DNA of 24,000 nucleotides from Acidobacteriota bacterium (GTDB lineage: Bacteria > Pseudomonadota > Alphaproteobacteria > Acetobacterales > Acetobacteraceae). The notes under the pieces were generated by a model. That model saw nothing but the letters and a program-made list of their open reading frames with translations. It was not told the origin of the DNA and ran no database searches. Location: NCBI GenBank assembly GCA_903970435.1, contig CAJCIS010000151.1, positions 47,378 through 71,377 on the forward strand, given 5' to 3'. The translations under genes were made by a program, and so were the position numbers. Positions 8,674-17,498 of the stretch are shown here, piece by piece (positions within the stretch are counted from its first letter, which is position 1; each line of letters starts with the position of its first letter).

Positions 8674-10346
8674 CGCTCACCCGCCTGACCAGTCCGTCCG
8701 CGTATCAACGCCTCCGGGTGCCGGTCCAGGAAATCGGCAAGCAACCGAATGCTGCGCGCCGTGTCATTCAATTGGTCCAGGACTCGATTTAAGTTCCGTC
8801 CGAAATCCGAGTTGCCGCCATAGCCGTTTTCGCCTAGCAGCGTGTTCGCCCGTGCCACAGTCTGCTGCAAATCCTGCGACAATTGTGGCAAACGCTTCAG
8901 CGCCGGCGTCAGTCCCGCGTCGGCTTTATGGGCGACCTGCCGGACGTCGGCCAACGTCGCGGAAAGATCACGCATTGCCTGCTGCAGTTCCGGCCCGCGC
9001 ACCGCGCCATTCACGGAATGCATCGTTGCTGCCAGGTCCTTGCCGATCTGGTCGAACGGGATCTGCTCCAGTTTCGTCGCGATGTCGCTCAGCGAGGTCG
9101 TGATATTGTCCAACCCACCCGATTGGCTCGGCATCAGGAGCGCTCCGCCCTCATCGCCGAGAGTCGCCGCCGGCGCTCCTGGCACATATTGCAGCGAGAT
9201 CTCCTGTTGCCCTGTGAGGAAGTTGCTCGAGGTCAAAACGGCGCGCATTCCCTGCTGCACCAGGGCCCCCGTGACCTGCGCGGGGGTTAGGTCACCCGCG
9301 GCCTCTGCGCCGGGCACCCGTTGCGGCTGGATATCGAAGGCGACCCTTGCCCGCGCCCGCCCGGCATGCGCGTCCAGCATCAGCCTTATATCTGTCACTG
9401 TACCAATTTGCAGGCCAAAGACCTCCACCGGCGATCCTTTCTCAAGGCCAGCGACGGATGTCGTGAAATACGTGACGAGCGGAATTTTTTGCGTAAACTG
9501 CGCGGCGTCCGCCTCCGCCTCGGTTTCGTAAAGCTTGAATGGCGTATTCGGCGGACTCGGCGGTATTTCCGCCTGCAAGGTTGGTGTCTTGAACGCCACC
9601 CCGCCCGAGAACACGGCTTGCAGCGACTGCAACTCCACGTGAAAGCCCTGCGCGCCCGCATTTATAGAAACGCCGGAATCATTCCAGAAATGCGTGGGCG
9701 CCCGCACAAATCTGTCGTACGGTGACCGAACGAATATACGAATGCTCACAGGCCCCAGCCCGTTACCAAGATCATAGCTCAAAACTTCACCGACCGAAAC
9801 GTCGCGATAGAAGACCGGCGTGCCAACCCCGACCGAGCCCAACCGCGATGCGGTAAGGCGGAATGTCGTTCCGGGCACGTCGCTCCGCACGCCGGGGGGC
9901 TCTTCTAGACCCCTGAATTTGTATTCCGGCGTGCCGCCAGGGGGCCCGGGGTCAACTTCGATGTAAGCGCCCGAAACAAGCGTCTCCAGCCCGGAAATAT
10001 TGCCCAAACTCAACCTGGGGCGCTCAACCCAAAAGCGTGCCCGATTGGTCAGAATGGCGTCGCCCTCCCGCTTCATGCGGACATGCACGACGACATGGCC
10101 CAAATCATGCGACAGGTGCATGTCCTCCACCATGCCGAGCGACACTGCCTTGTGGCGTACCTCGGTCTGCCCGGGCGTGATGCCGTTGCCAGTGGTAAAC
10201 GTTATCGTGACCAGCGGGCCACGATTGGAAATAAATCTTACACCGAGATACACACTGATTGCGGCTGCCACAATCGGCACCAGCCAGATCAGGTTGAAAC
10301 GCTGCCGGCGCAGCGCCGCCGTGACGCGAGTTGGGTTATCGCTCAC
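8670..10346 (-). CDS. pqiB: PqiB (multi-MCE-domain intermembrane transport protein)
   Basis: 558 aa. The N-terminus RRQRFNLIWLVPIVAAAISVYLGV forms the TM anchor. Repeated MCE-like blocks follow (GITPGQTEVRHKAVSLGMVEDM, GVGTPVFYRDVSVGEVLSYDL, LEKGSPVEVFGLQIGTVTDI), then a C-terminal helical region. The GTG start overlaps the pqiA stop (GTGA at 10343-10346). Confidence 0.85.
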   Translation of the reverse strand: MSDNPTRVTAALRRQRFNLIWLVPIVAAAISVYLGVRFISNRGPLVTITFTTGNGITPGQTEVRHKAVSLGMVEDMHLSHDLGHVVVHVRMKREGDAILTNRARFWVERPRLSLGNISGLETLVSGAYIEVDPGPPGGTPEYKFRGLEEPPGVRSDVPGTTFRLTASRLGSVGVGTPVFYRDVSVGEVLSYDLGNGLGPVSIRIFVRSPYDRFVRAPTHFWNDSGVSINAGAQGFHVELQSLQAVFSGGVAFKTPTLQAEIPPSPPNTPFKLYETEAEADAAQFTQKIPLVTYFTTSVAGLEKGSPVEVFGLQIGTVTDIRLMLDAHAGRARARVAFDIQPQRVPGAEAAGDLTPAQVTGALVQQGMRAVLTSSNFLTGQQEISLQYVPGAPAATLGDEGGALLMPSQSGGLDNITTSLSDIATKLEQIPFDQIGKDLAATMHSVNGAVRGPELQQAMRDLSATLADVRQVAHKADAGLTPALKRLPQLSQDLQQTVARANTLLGENGYGGNSDFGRNLNRVLDQLNDTARSIRLLADFLDRHPEALIRGRTGQAGER

Positions 10347-11683
10347 GCCACCGCGCTCAGTACGCCGCCGGTTGGCGCCGACACACCGGAAAGATCATGG
10401 CCGGCGGCGGCGGCATCCCACATCAGGCGCGGGTCGAATGCGCCGGCCGCCAACATGGTCAACACCACCACCGAGGCGAACGCCCCCGCGCCGGGTCCAG
10501 GAAGCACCGTCGCCACGAACCCCATGTGAACCAGTGCGACCAGCACTGTCAGCATGAAAACGTCGATCATCGACCAGCGGCCGACCGCGTCGATGAGCCG
10601 GAACAGACGGGTACGCTGCTGCAGCCAGGCGGAGCTGCCGTAACTGGTCATCAGCAACATGCCCGTCATGCCGGTTAGCTTGAGAAGCGGCACGGTCAGA
10701 CTCGCAAGAAACACGAGCAACGCCAGCGGCCACATCTGGGCGTCGACCAATTCAACAACACCTTGCCAGATGGTGCTGGGTTCGCCGCTGCCGAAGCGAA
10801 TAACAGTAATTATCGGGTAAAGATTTGCCGGCACATAAAGCGCCGTTGCCGCGGACAGCAGCGCCCAACTGCGTATAAGGCTCTGACGCTTGCGCTGCCG
10901 TAGCTTTCGTCCACAGCGCGGACAAGGCCATCCGCTCGGCGCATGCAGCACGAGCCGACAACAATCGCAGCCGATAACGCGGTCGGTTGCCGGCGCCGCC
11001 CGCATATGGAGCAGGCCTCTCGCTTCGAGTTCCTCCCACACCGCATCATGGTCCAGCACCACATCAGCCCCTACCAAGCAGAGCATGACCCCCGCCAAGG
11101 CCAGCAAAGCTGGACCCACCTGAACGTCGGCGATTGCCTGGAGGCGCGTGTAGGCCACGAACGAGCCGAGCAGGAAAACCTCGATCATGGACCACGGCCG
11201 TATACGTTCGACGTAGCCGAACAGACGCGGCAGCAGCCGCGGGGGGTACTTGCTTCGCAGCCCCAGCAATACAGTAAGAAGAAGCAACAACTGCAGCGCC
11301 GGCATTAAAACCAGCGTCACAAGCACGACCAGGCTGATTTCCCACATGCCGCGCTGATCAAGCATCGACGGCCCGGTAAAAAGGTTCGCTTCGTAGGTGC
11401 GCCCGACCGCGCGCACGTCCATGAACGGTAATTGCAATGCCACAAGGAACAGCAGCAACGCACCCATCGCGCACGCGAGCGCTCGTGTCAGGCTGTCCTT
11501 GCGGCCACGGCGAAGCGTGGCACCGCACCGGCCGCAGCACGCCGCGTCGCCGGGCGCCAGGGCCGGCATGTTCTGGAACAGCCCGCAATCCTGGCATTCG
11601 CGCTCACCGCGCAGGATCGGGTCACCTTCGGCCAAGATTTGGTCCCTGCAGACGAGCGGGCGCCCGCGCCCGCGCTGCCGCAC
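10343..11683 (-). CDS. pqiA: PqiA (paraquat-inducible protein A family inner-membrane protein, two PqiA repeats)
   Basis: Two halves each begin with a CxxC...CxxC zinc-ribbon-like motif (CQDCGLF...CCGRCGATL and CDCCRLV...CPRCGRKL) followed by multiple TM segments. This is the canonical PqiA duplication. It is first in the pqiABC order. The track start is a GTG at 11683, and the exact start is uncertain. Confidence 0.85.
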   Translation of the reverse strand: MRQRGRGRPLVCRDQILAEGDPILRGERECQDCGLFQNMPALAPGDAACCGRCGATLRRGRKDSLTRALACAMGALLLFLVALQLPFMDVRAVGRTYEANLFTGPSMLDQRGMWEISLVVLVTLVLMPALQLLLLLTVLLGLRSKYPPRLLPRLFGYVERIRPWSMIEVFLLGSFVAYTRLQAIADVQVGPALLALAGVMLCLVGADVVLDHDAVWEELEARGLLHMRAAPATDRVIGCDCCRLVLHAPSGWPCPRCGRKLRQRKRQSLIRSWALLSAATALYVPANLYPIITVIRFGSGEPSTIWQGVVELVDAQMWPLALLVFLASLTVPLLKLTGMTGMLLMTSYGSSAWLQQRTRLFRLIDAVGRWSMIDVFMLTVLVALVHMGFVATVLPGPGAGAFASVVVLTMLAAGAFDPRLMWDAAAAGHDLSGVSAPTGGVLSAVA

Positions 11684-11753
11684 CAGCGCGACGATCTTGG
11701 ACGGACTCGGCGGCAGGCGGCATAGTCACATCACAACGCAGGAGGCCGCACCA

Positions 11754-12611
11754 TTGAGCAGCGTGACGTTCGAACAGCGAGCCCATATCATCGTGCTGGG
11801 AAACGAAAAGGGGGGGTCCGGCAAGTCCACCAGTGCCATGCATCTGGTGGTAGGCTTGCTGCGTGATGGCTACAAGGTGGGTGCGATCGACCTTGACGCC
11901 CGGCAAGGTACGCTGTCCGGCTACCTCGTATCGCGCGCCGGCTATGCCGATCGGCACGGCGTTTCGCTGCCGATGCCGCATGCCATCAGCCTGCACCGTA
12001 GCCTGGAGGATAGCCGTGCGGCCGCCGAAGCGAGCGAAGCTGAGCAATGGAGCATGGCCCACCGCGCGCTCTCACAAACCTGCGAAATCATCGTTGTCGA
12101 TTGTCCTGGCGCGGACACGCATCTGAGCCGGCTGGCGCACGCGGCGGCCGATACCCTCATTACGCCGATCAACGACAGCTTCGTCGATTTTGCCATGCTG
12201 GCGCGAGTGGATCCGGACAATCACGCGGTCATCAATCCCAGCATTTACAGCGAGATGGTATGGGAAGCCCGCAAACGCCGCTTTGCCCGCGACCGCGGCC
12301 GCATTGACTGGATTGTCATGCGCAACCGGATGGGCAGCACGGAGATGCGCAACAAGCGCGACGTCGGAGCCACGCTGGAAACGCTGTCGAAGCGCATTGG
12401 TTTCCGCACTGTCAAAGGTTTTGGCGAGCGGGTGATCTTCCGCGAACTCTACCTTCAAGGCCTCACGCTAATGGATGTCCGCGAGGCCGGTCTGCCGGTC
12501 CAGTTGGGCATGAGCCACATCGCTGCCCGGGCAGAGGTCCGCAGCCTGATCTCCGCCATTAAGAAACCGCCGCCCCGCGCGATGGCGGAAGCTCATGCAC
12601 CGGCGGCCTAA
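11754..12611 (+). CDS. mipZ: MipZ, ParA-like division-plane positioning ATPase
   Basis: Deviant Walker A IIVLGNEKGGSGKSTSAMHLV. Blocks recalled from Caulobacter MipZ are AIDLDARQGT, ITPINDSFVDFAML, VDP, PSIYSEMVWEARKRR, DWIVMRNR and VIFRELYLQGLTLMD. The track ORF (from 11397) overlaps pqiA on the other strand. I place the start at TTG 11754, 8 nt after GGAGG (11741-11745); GTG 11763 is the alternative. This gives 285 aa, close to the length I recall for Caulobacter MipZ (about 280 aa). Confidence 0.85.
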   Translation: MSSVTFEQRAHIIVLGNEKGGSGKSTSAMHLVVGLLRDGYKVGAIDLDARQGTLSGYLVSRAGYADRHGVSLPMPHAISLHRSLEDSRAAAEASEAEQWSMAHRALSQTCEIIVVDCPGADTHLSRLAHAAADTLITPINDSFVDFAMLARVDPDNHAVINPSIYSEMVWEARKRRFARDRGRIDWIVMRNRMGSTEMRNKRDVGATLETLSKRIGFRTVKGFGERVIFRELYLQGLTLMDVREAGLPVQLGMSHIAARAEVRSLISAIKKPPPRAMAEAHAPAA

Positions 12612-12685
12612 AGACATGGTATTAAGTCCCGGGTGACCCGTTGGCCGTGCTGTGACCGAGGGTCCGATCACGCACCAGCGCCGAG

Positions 12686-12714
12686 TTGCAGTGTTCACCC
12701 CCAACCTGTATAGC
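12686..12714 (+). promoter_or_regulatory. Candidate sigma-70-type promoter for tRNA-Thr
   Basis: TTGCAG (12686-12691), a 17-nt spacer, then TATAGC (12709-12714). The predicted start lies about 8-9 nt upstream of the mature tRNA 5' end at 12730. This is hexamer pattern only. Confidence 0.4.
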
Positions 12715-12729
12715 CGCGCCTCGGTTCAG

Positions 12730-12804
<75 letters not shown>

Positions 12805-12845
12805 GCCTTGGGCTCGGTGCTGGCTCGCATCGGCCCTTCCCCCCG

Positions 12846-12871
12846 GCGCGCGCTAATTGTAAGCCGCGCGC
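12846..12871 (+). terminator. GC-clamp hairpin between tRNA-Thr and the next gene (possible tRNA 3' processing or termination structure)
   Basis: gcgcgcg (12846-12852) pairs with cgcgcgc (12865-12871) as 7 consecutive G-C pairs around a taattgtaa-containing loop. No U-tract follows. It lies 20 nt upstream of ATG 12891. Confidence 0.25.
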
Positions 12872-12890
12872 ATGGCCTTCCGACGCTCGC

Positions 12891-13694
12891 ATGCGCATTC
12901 TTTTTCTGGGTGACATCGTTGGCCGCGCGGGCCGCGATGCTGTCCTTGCCGCTCTGCCCGGCCTGCGCCAGCGTCTCAACCTCGATCTGATTATCATCAA
13001 CGCCGAAAACGCCAGCCACGGTTTCGGGCTCGCGCCGGCGATGGCGGACGCGTTGTTTGCCGCCGGGGCTGACGTGCTGACGCTGGGTAACCACGCGTGG
13101 GACCGCAAGGAATTGCTGGGCTACATCGATTCTCAGCCGCGCCTGATTCGCCCGCTGAATTACCCGCCGGGGACGCCTGGCCAGGGGCATACGATTGTCG
13201 AATTGCCAAATGGGCGACGTGTCCTCGTGCTTCAGGTTCTGGCCCGGTTGTTCATGGAACTGAGTGACGATCCGTTCCGCATGACGGCGGAGTTGTTGGG
13301 AAAACACCGGCTCGGCGTCACCGTGGACGCTATCGTTGCCGATATTCACGGCGAGGCGACCTCGGAGAAGATGGCCTATGCACATTCTTTCGATGGCCGC
13401 GTGTCGCTGGTGGTGGGCACCCATACGCACGTGCCGACAGCCGACACCCAGATCCTGCCAGGGGGTACGGCTTACCAGACCGATGCCGGCATGTGCGGCG
13501 ACTACGACAGTGTCATCGGCATGGACAAGGGCGCCGCGGCGGCGCGCTTTTGGCGCCGGGCGCCGGGTGAGCGGTTGGCACCGGCGGACGGCCCAGCGAC
13601 GCTGTGCGGCGTGCTCCTGGAAACCGACGACCGGACCGGGCTGGCGGTGGCCGTGTCACCGCTGCGGCAGGGCGGCCGGCTCACGCAGAGTTAA
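12891..13694 (+). CDS. ymdB: YmdB-type metallophosphoesterase (TIGR00282 family, 2',3'-cyclic-nucleotide phosphodiesterase-like)
   Basis: The N-terminus MRILFLGDIVGRAGRD is followed by IINAENASHGFG, TLGNHAWD, DIHGEATSEK and VGTHTHVPTAD, which are the calcineurin-like metal-binding motifs in the order typical of YmdB. 267 aa. Confidence 0.85.
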   Translation: MRILFLGDIVGRAGRDAVLAALPGLRQRLNLDLIIINAENASHGFGLAPAMADALFAAGADVLTLGNHAWDRKELLGYIDSQPRLIRPLNYPPGTPGQGHTIVELPNGRRVLVLQVLARLFMELSDDPFRMTAELLGKHRLGVTVDAIVADIHGEATSEKMAYAHSFDGRVSLVVGTHTHVPTADTQILPGGTAYQTDAGMCGDYDSVIGMDKGAAAARFWRRAPGERLAPADGPATLCGVLLETDDRTGLAVAVSPLRQGGRLTQS

Positions 13695-13730
13695 AATATT
13701 CCGAGCGCGTATCGCAATTGAATTGAGAAG

Positions 13731-13785
13731 CCAAAGACAAAAGCTTTTTTCTTTTTTTCAAAAAAGAAATACTTCTTTACTCTAC
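13731..13785. repeat. AT-rich palindromic intergenic repeat, copy A
   Basis: aaaagctttt (13738-13747, a perfect 10-nt palindrome) is followed by ttctttttttcaaaaaagaa (13748-13767) and then atacttctttac. It lies between the convergent stops of ymdB (13694) and the PLP-enzyme gene (13817). The 20-nt core is identical to the reverse complement of the copy B core. Confidence 0.8.
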
Positions 13786-13816
13786 CGGCAAGCAAGCACA
13801 CTCTCCTGCCGCTTTG

Positions 13817-15652
13817 TTACGCTAACCCCTGCTGCAAAATCAACGCCAGTTTGCCAAAGACTGCCGACAGCGCCGGCCGCAAATCATCGCCGCCTGCGAC
13901 CTGGGCGGCGCTGAACGCCACGCGCAACCCGCCAATTCCCGGCCCTCCGAGTTGCACAGGTTGGCCCAGCAGGCAGCGCTGCGCGGCCACCATGCGGGAG
14001 GCGGCATCCGAACGCCCAGGTAGGCGGCCGGAGAGGTCGCCGGCCAGCGCGAGGTACAGCGGCCGTAACGCCGCCGCGGACAGCAGGCCGTCCGGTCCGC
14101 GCACCGCAAAGGTCAGCACGCTGGGCCGGTGCGACCAGGCGCCGCGGCGGGGCCGCGGGGCCGGGATAAGCTGCACACAATTATGGCGCATCATGGCGGC
14201 ACGCGCGTGCGCGCCCGCGCTATCAATACGGCCGGCTACATCGCGGGCCGAAAGCGTCGCGAAGCGGCGCATTTCCGCGAGCGCCGCGCTCCAGCGCAAC
14301 AAGAGCCCAGGGCATCGCCGTGAAACACTGCCATCGCCGACGTTGGTGTAGGCGCCCAGCCCGTCAGGCAGCCGGCCAGCGCCGGCGATGCGGCGCAGGC
14401 GCGCGCGCGGAAACAGAATGGCGCCGCAAAAACCGGGAGCGCCGAAAAACTTCGAGCCGGTAACAAGCACGGGCCAGCCGCGCTCCAGGTAAAGCCGCAC
14501 GGTTTGCGGCTCGACGCGCAACTGGCACGCATCTATTACGATACCCAAACGGCCGCGATAACGTTCCGCCAGCAGATCTAGAGCCAGTAGGCCAGGGGCC
14601 GCCATGCCCGTCTTGCTGCCGTCGATGGCGTGCAGCACCGCATGGCCGCGCGCGATGGCGGCCTCGATGGCGGCTTCGCAGTCACCCGCAATTTCCTCGG
14701 CCCGCCGGGGAAGACCGTCCGAAGTCCGAAGCGCGACACTGGCCAGCGAGAGGCCGGGGGGAAATCCATCCACGGCGCCGCCCTTTTCCACCGCGATCCC
14801 CGCTGCGGTGCATGGCGCAAAGTGGCGCCCCTGCACTGCCTCGGGAACCCCGCTGCCGGTTTCGGCCGGGCTCATCAGAATAGTCGTAATGGTTTCGCGG
14901 GGCCGCTCGGCGGCAAACAGGCCGGTCAGCAGGAGCGTCGCATCCGTGCCGGAAGCGGCCAGGACCGCCTCCGCGCCCGCCTCGACGCCGAAATGGGTCA
15001 GCAACTCGGCCGTGATGCGCGTCGATGCGGCGGCCAGAACGGCGTCCGCCGGTGCCGCGAGGGCGGCAGCAAACAGGCTGCGCCGTGCCGCCTCCGCCGC
15101 CTTAAGGGCGCCGGCAGAGATGCTGGAGGCCGTGCATGAGCTAAAACTGATCACGTCCGGCTGCGGCCACGGTGTGCAAAGATAGCGGTTCTGGCCGGTT
15201 ACTGGATCGAGCGAGAGCCGATCATCGCCGCCCTGCACCAGAAGGGCCTCGGCGGCGGTGGCGAAGGACCAGAGATGTTCTACAATTTGCAGGGTCGCCA
15301 GATCCGGCGGTTCTTCGCCGTCCAACCCCGCCTGGGCCAGCACGCGCCAGCACGCCGTGAGCTGCGCGATGGGGGGAATTTCCCCCGCCAAATGCGCAAG
15401 CAAGCGGTTCGCGGGGTCGCGCAGCGCCTCGTCCTGGTCGGCACGCGGCAGTACCGCCAGGAAACTGCTGGCGGCACGCCCCGCCAACAATGTTGCCGCC
15501 GCAGCCGGCAGTGCCGGCAGTTGGCGCATCCAGTCGCGCTCTTGGCCGAACCGTCGCAAAACCAGGCCGCCCGGACCATGGTCATGCGCCGTGCCGGAAC
15601 GCGGTTGATTGCTGTTGGCGGTCAGCAAGGGCGCATGCCCAGGCCACACCAA
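13817..15652 (-). CDS. Orphan PLP-dependent enzyme, aminotransferase class-V fold (cysteine desulfurase / lyase-like), with an uncharacterised ~170-aa N-terminal region
   Basis: Class-V-like landmarks appear in the correct order: LAASGTDATLLLTGL, IVIDACQLRV (a DAxQ-type block) and the PLP-lysine block VTGSKFFGAPGFCGAILFP (compare SGHK-x-x-GP-x-G-x-GAL in NifS/IscS/SufS). The N-terminal 170 aa are not recognisable. The track start is TTG at 15652; ATG at 15529 (MRQLPALP) is the alternative. Confidence 0.5.
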   Translation of the reverse strand: MVWPGHAPLLTANSNQPRSGTAHDHGPGGLVLRRFGQERDWMRQLPALPAAAATLLAGRAASSFLAVLPRADQDEALRDPANRLLAHLAGEIPPIAQLTACWRVLAQAGLDGEEPPDLATLQIVEHLWSFATAAEALLVQGGDDRLSLDPVTGQNRYLCTPWPQPDVISFSSCTASSISAGALKAAEAARRSLFAAALAAPADAVLAAASTRITAELLTHFGVEAGAEAVLAASGTDATLLLTGLFAAERPRETITTILMSPAETGSGVPEAVQGRHFAPCTAAGIAVEKGGAVDGFPPGLSLASVALRTSDGLPRRAEEIAGDCEAAIEAAIARGHAVLHAIDGSKTGMAAPGLLALDLLAERYRGRLGIVIDACQLRVEPQTVRLYLERGWPVLVTGSKFFGAPGFCGAILFPRARLRRIAGAGRLPDGLGAYTNVGDGSVSRRCPGLLLRWSAALAEMRRFATLSARDVAGRIDSAGAHARAAMMRHNCVQLIPAPRPRRGAWSHRPSVLTFAVRGPDGLLSAAALRPLYLALAGDLSGRLPGRSDAASRMVAAQRCLLGQPVQLGGPGIGGLRVAFSAAQVAGGDDLRPALSAVFGKLALILQQGLA

Positions 15653-15877
15653 TGCGTGCGGTGCGTGGCTGCCGCGACCGCTGCAAGTGAAGTCATGAAA
15701 TCAAGTCCCCGATTTACCACACAGTTATTGGTTGGCGCCCCTTCGTCCGTGGCCGCGACGTGCGCCCAGGAGGTATGAAACAGCTAACTAAATCACCATC
15801 GTAGCATTGATCCTTCTAAGCGCTAGAGCAGCCGCCAGTTCCAGACCGCGGCGGCGCGCGGGGGCATACCGGGGCGT

Positions 15878-16459
15878 TCATCGGGAAGCCGCATTGTCAT
15901 GCCCGGCGCTACGCGCCGGTGATGCATCATCCTGCAGCGCGGAATGGGTCGCCCTGATCTGCGCCATGACGGCTTTCGGATCAACCGGCGTCGCCAGCGC
16001 CTCCGCTTCCGCGTCGGTGTAATGACGCTGGGCTGGATCGATACGGCGCAGCTCTTCCAGCAGTTGGATAATCTTGGCCGATTTCTGGTCGCTGAGGATG
16101 GCAAGTTGCAATGTGAGCTGGTCGCGATGCGTTGCGAGTTCGTCCTCGTGCCGTTGCGTGATGACGATCGTTGCGGCCAAATAGAGTGCTGCCAAAGTCG
16201 CGGCGCCATCGAGATACGCAAACGGGGGCGGATCGGGCGCGGCGCGGCCCAGGGCGAGGAGGGCGACATTGAGGGCGATCCAGCTTGCGATAACACCTGT
16301 CAGGATGACAAGGAGCGCCGGCCTGCCGAGCGCGCCGTGCACCGCGGAAATCCGTTTTTGAAATGGATCCGCGCGTCTTCGGTGCTCGACATGCAACTGC
16401 GACATTGTAACGATCATGTCGTTGATGTGGGCGGGCAAGTCGGGTTTGGCTGAGGGCAT
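15878..16459 (-). CDS. DUF1003-like small membrane protein (two TM helices plus a C-terminal helical tail)
   Basis: 193 aa. Two hydrophobic helices (LLVILTGVIASWIALNVALLAL and AATLAALYLAATIVI) are followed by TQRHEDELATHRDQLTLQLAILSDQKSAKIIQLLEELRR. This mirrors the DUF1003 layout (MSQNRQ...DYEVNLKAELEI...LHEKLD). The assignment is from recalled family features only. Confidence 0.45.
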   Translation of the reverse strand: MPSAKPDLPAHINDMIVTMSQLHVEHRRRADPFQKRISAVHGALGRPALLVILTGVIASWIALNVALLALGRAAPDPPPFAYLDGAATLAALYLAATIVITQRHEDELATHRDQLTLQLAILSDQKSAKIIQLLEELRRIDPAQRHYTDAEAEALATPVDPKAVMAQIRATHSALQDDASPARSAGHDNAASR

Positions 16460-16479
16460 GGAAATCCCGGGGCACGTAA

Positions 16480-16540
16480 GAGAATTTAAGAAAGCAGTTC
16501 TTTTTTGAAAAAAAGAACCAAAAAACTTTTTCTATTGCGC
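16480..16540. repeat. AT-rich palindromic intergenic repeat, copy B (inverted relative to A and C)
   Basis: gttcttttttgaaaaaaagaac (16497-16518) is followed by caaaaaactttttc (16519-16532). It lies just downstream of the stop of the minus-strand protease remnant (16617) and ~40 nt upstream of the DUF1003 start (16459). Confidence 0.8.
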
Positions 16541-16616
16541 TGGACTGGGCAGATGGCCTTCCGGCGGATAGGCCGGGAGCAACGGCGGCGGCTCGGGCGG
16601 TCCGGGGGTTTATCGT

Positions 16617-17210
16617 TCAGGTCCTTTGCAGGAGGCTTACCGCCGTTTCGAGTTGTTTGTCGTGGCCTGCCTGCAGGTCGCCGGGGAGATTTTCCAGCTC
16701 GATGTCCGGATCGACCCCGTGATTCTCCCTCACCCACTGGCTGCCGAGACCGTAGATGCTTTCTTCCGGTATTGTTACGAAACCGCCATCCATCATTTTC
16801 CATTCGCCGCGAATGCCGCGCACGCCGCCCAAGGTGCGGGTGCCGAGCAGCTTGCCGAGGCCACAGGGCCGGAAAAATATGGGAAATGTCGCCGTCGGAG
16901 GCGGAATAATGGTTGATGAGGCAGATTTTCGGCCCGGCGAGAACCTGGTTGGGAATTGCATCGGGGGTACGTTCCCGGTTGACGTCCAGCCCCACGAGCA
17001 CGAATAGCGCGAAAACATGTCCTGCCCAGGATCGCTCGTGAGGCGCTGTGCTGCACCACCCGCGTGTGGGACCTGCCGAATGTTGCCGCCGGCGACCAAG
17101 ACGATGGTGCCGTTGTGCGCATTTGGAAAGCGTGGCAGCGCCGCGTGCGCCGCTTCGGACAGCGTCAGGGACGCCAGAACGGCCAACCGAACGCGGCGGA
17201 CAGGGCTCAT
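16617..17210 (-). pseudogene. Remnant of a tricorn-type protease (S41 family): large internal deletion plus a frameshift
   Basis: Frame a, N-terminus: signal-like MSPVRRVRLAVLASLTLSEAAHA, then LPRFPNAHNGTIVLVAGGNIRQVPHAGGAAQRLTSDPGQDMFSRYS, the tricorn N-terminal pattern (RFP..hG..ivF.a.g.lW.vp..GG.A.RLT...G....P.FSPDG). From about 17001 the homology continues in another frame: AGPKICLINHYSASDGDI, the S41 catalytic-Ser block. It returns to frame a near 16883-16886: [38 protein letters not shown]...WVRENHGVDPDIELENLPGDLQAGHDKQLETAVSLLQ. As I recall, intact homologues are ~1000+ aa; only ~200 codons remain here. Confidence 0.6.
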
Positions 17211-17318
17211 GCGGGAACGCTCCGAAGGAATGAGGCAGCGCGTGTCGTGTTGCCCTCCTCGGCGGCGCCCTGCAAATCAGGCTCTGGCAACCGCCGCCGT
17301 CTATGTCATACTCGGGCC

Positions 17319-17498
17319 ATGCCCTATCTTATCATCCACGTTGAAGATGCGGACTCCGAGCCCTACTGGACGCTGGTCGACGCCGCGGCCGGCAAGGACC
17401 TGCGTGACAGCTACAGGTTCGCCAGCCAGCAAGAGGCCGAACAGGCCGCCGACCTCATGAGCGGCGTCGAAACCGAAGACGCGCCAACCCCAAAATAG
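17319..17498 (+). CDS. Hypothetical small acidic protein (59 aa)
   Basis: ATG at 17319 in the frame of track ORF 17064..17498. Upstream of it that ORF overlaps the protease remnant and looks non-coding. The product is MPYLIIHVEDADSEPYWTLVDAAAGKDLRDSYRFASQQEAEQAADLMSGVETEDAPTPK. No family is recognised and no clear SD is present. Repeat copy C starts right after the stop. Confidence 0.3.
   Translation: MPYLIIHVEDADSEPYWTLVDAAAGKDLRDSYRFASQQEAEQAADLMSGVETEDAPTPK

Noticed and set aside
15768-15804. Perfect AGGAGG followed by a 9-codon mini-ORF (MKQLTKSPS)
   Set aside because: Only 1 nt separates the SD from the ATG, which is too short for initiation. The peptide is tiny and there is no supporting context. 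It is probably chance within the upstream region of the PLP-enzyme gene.
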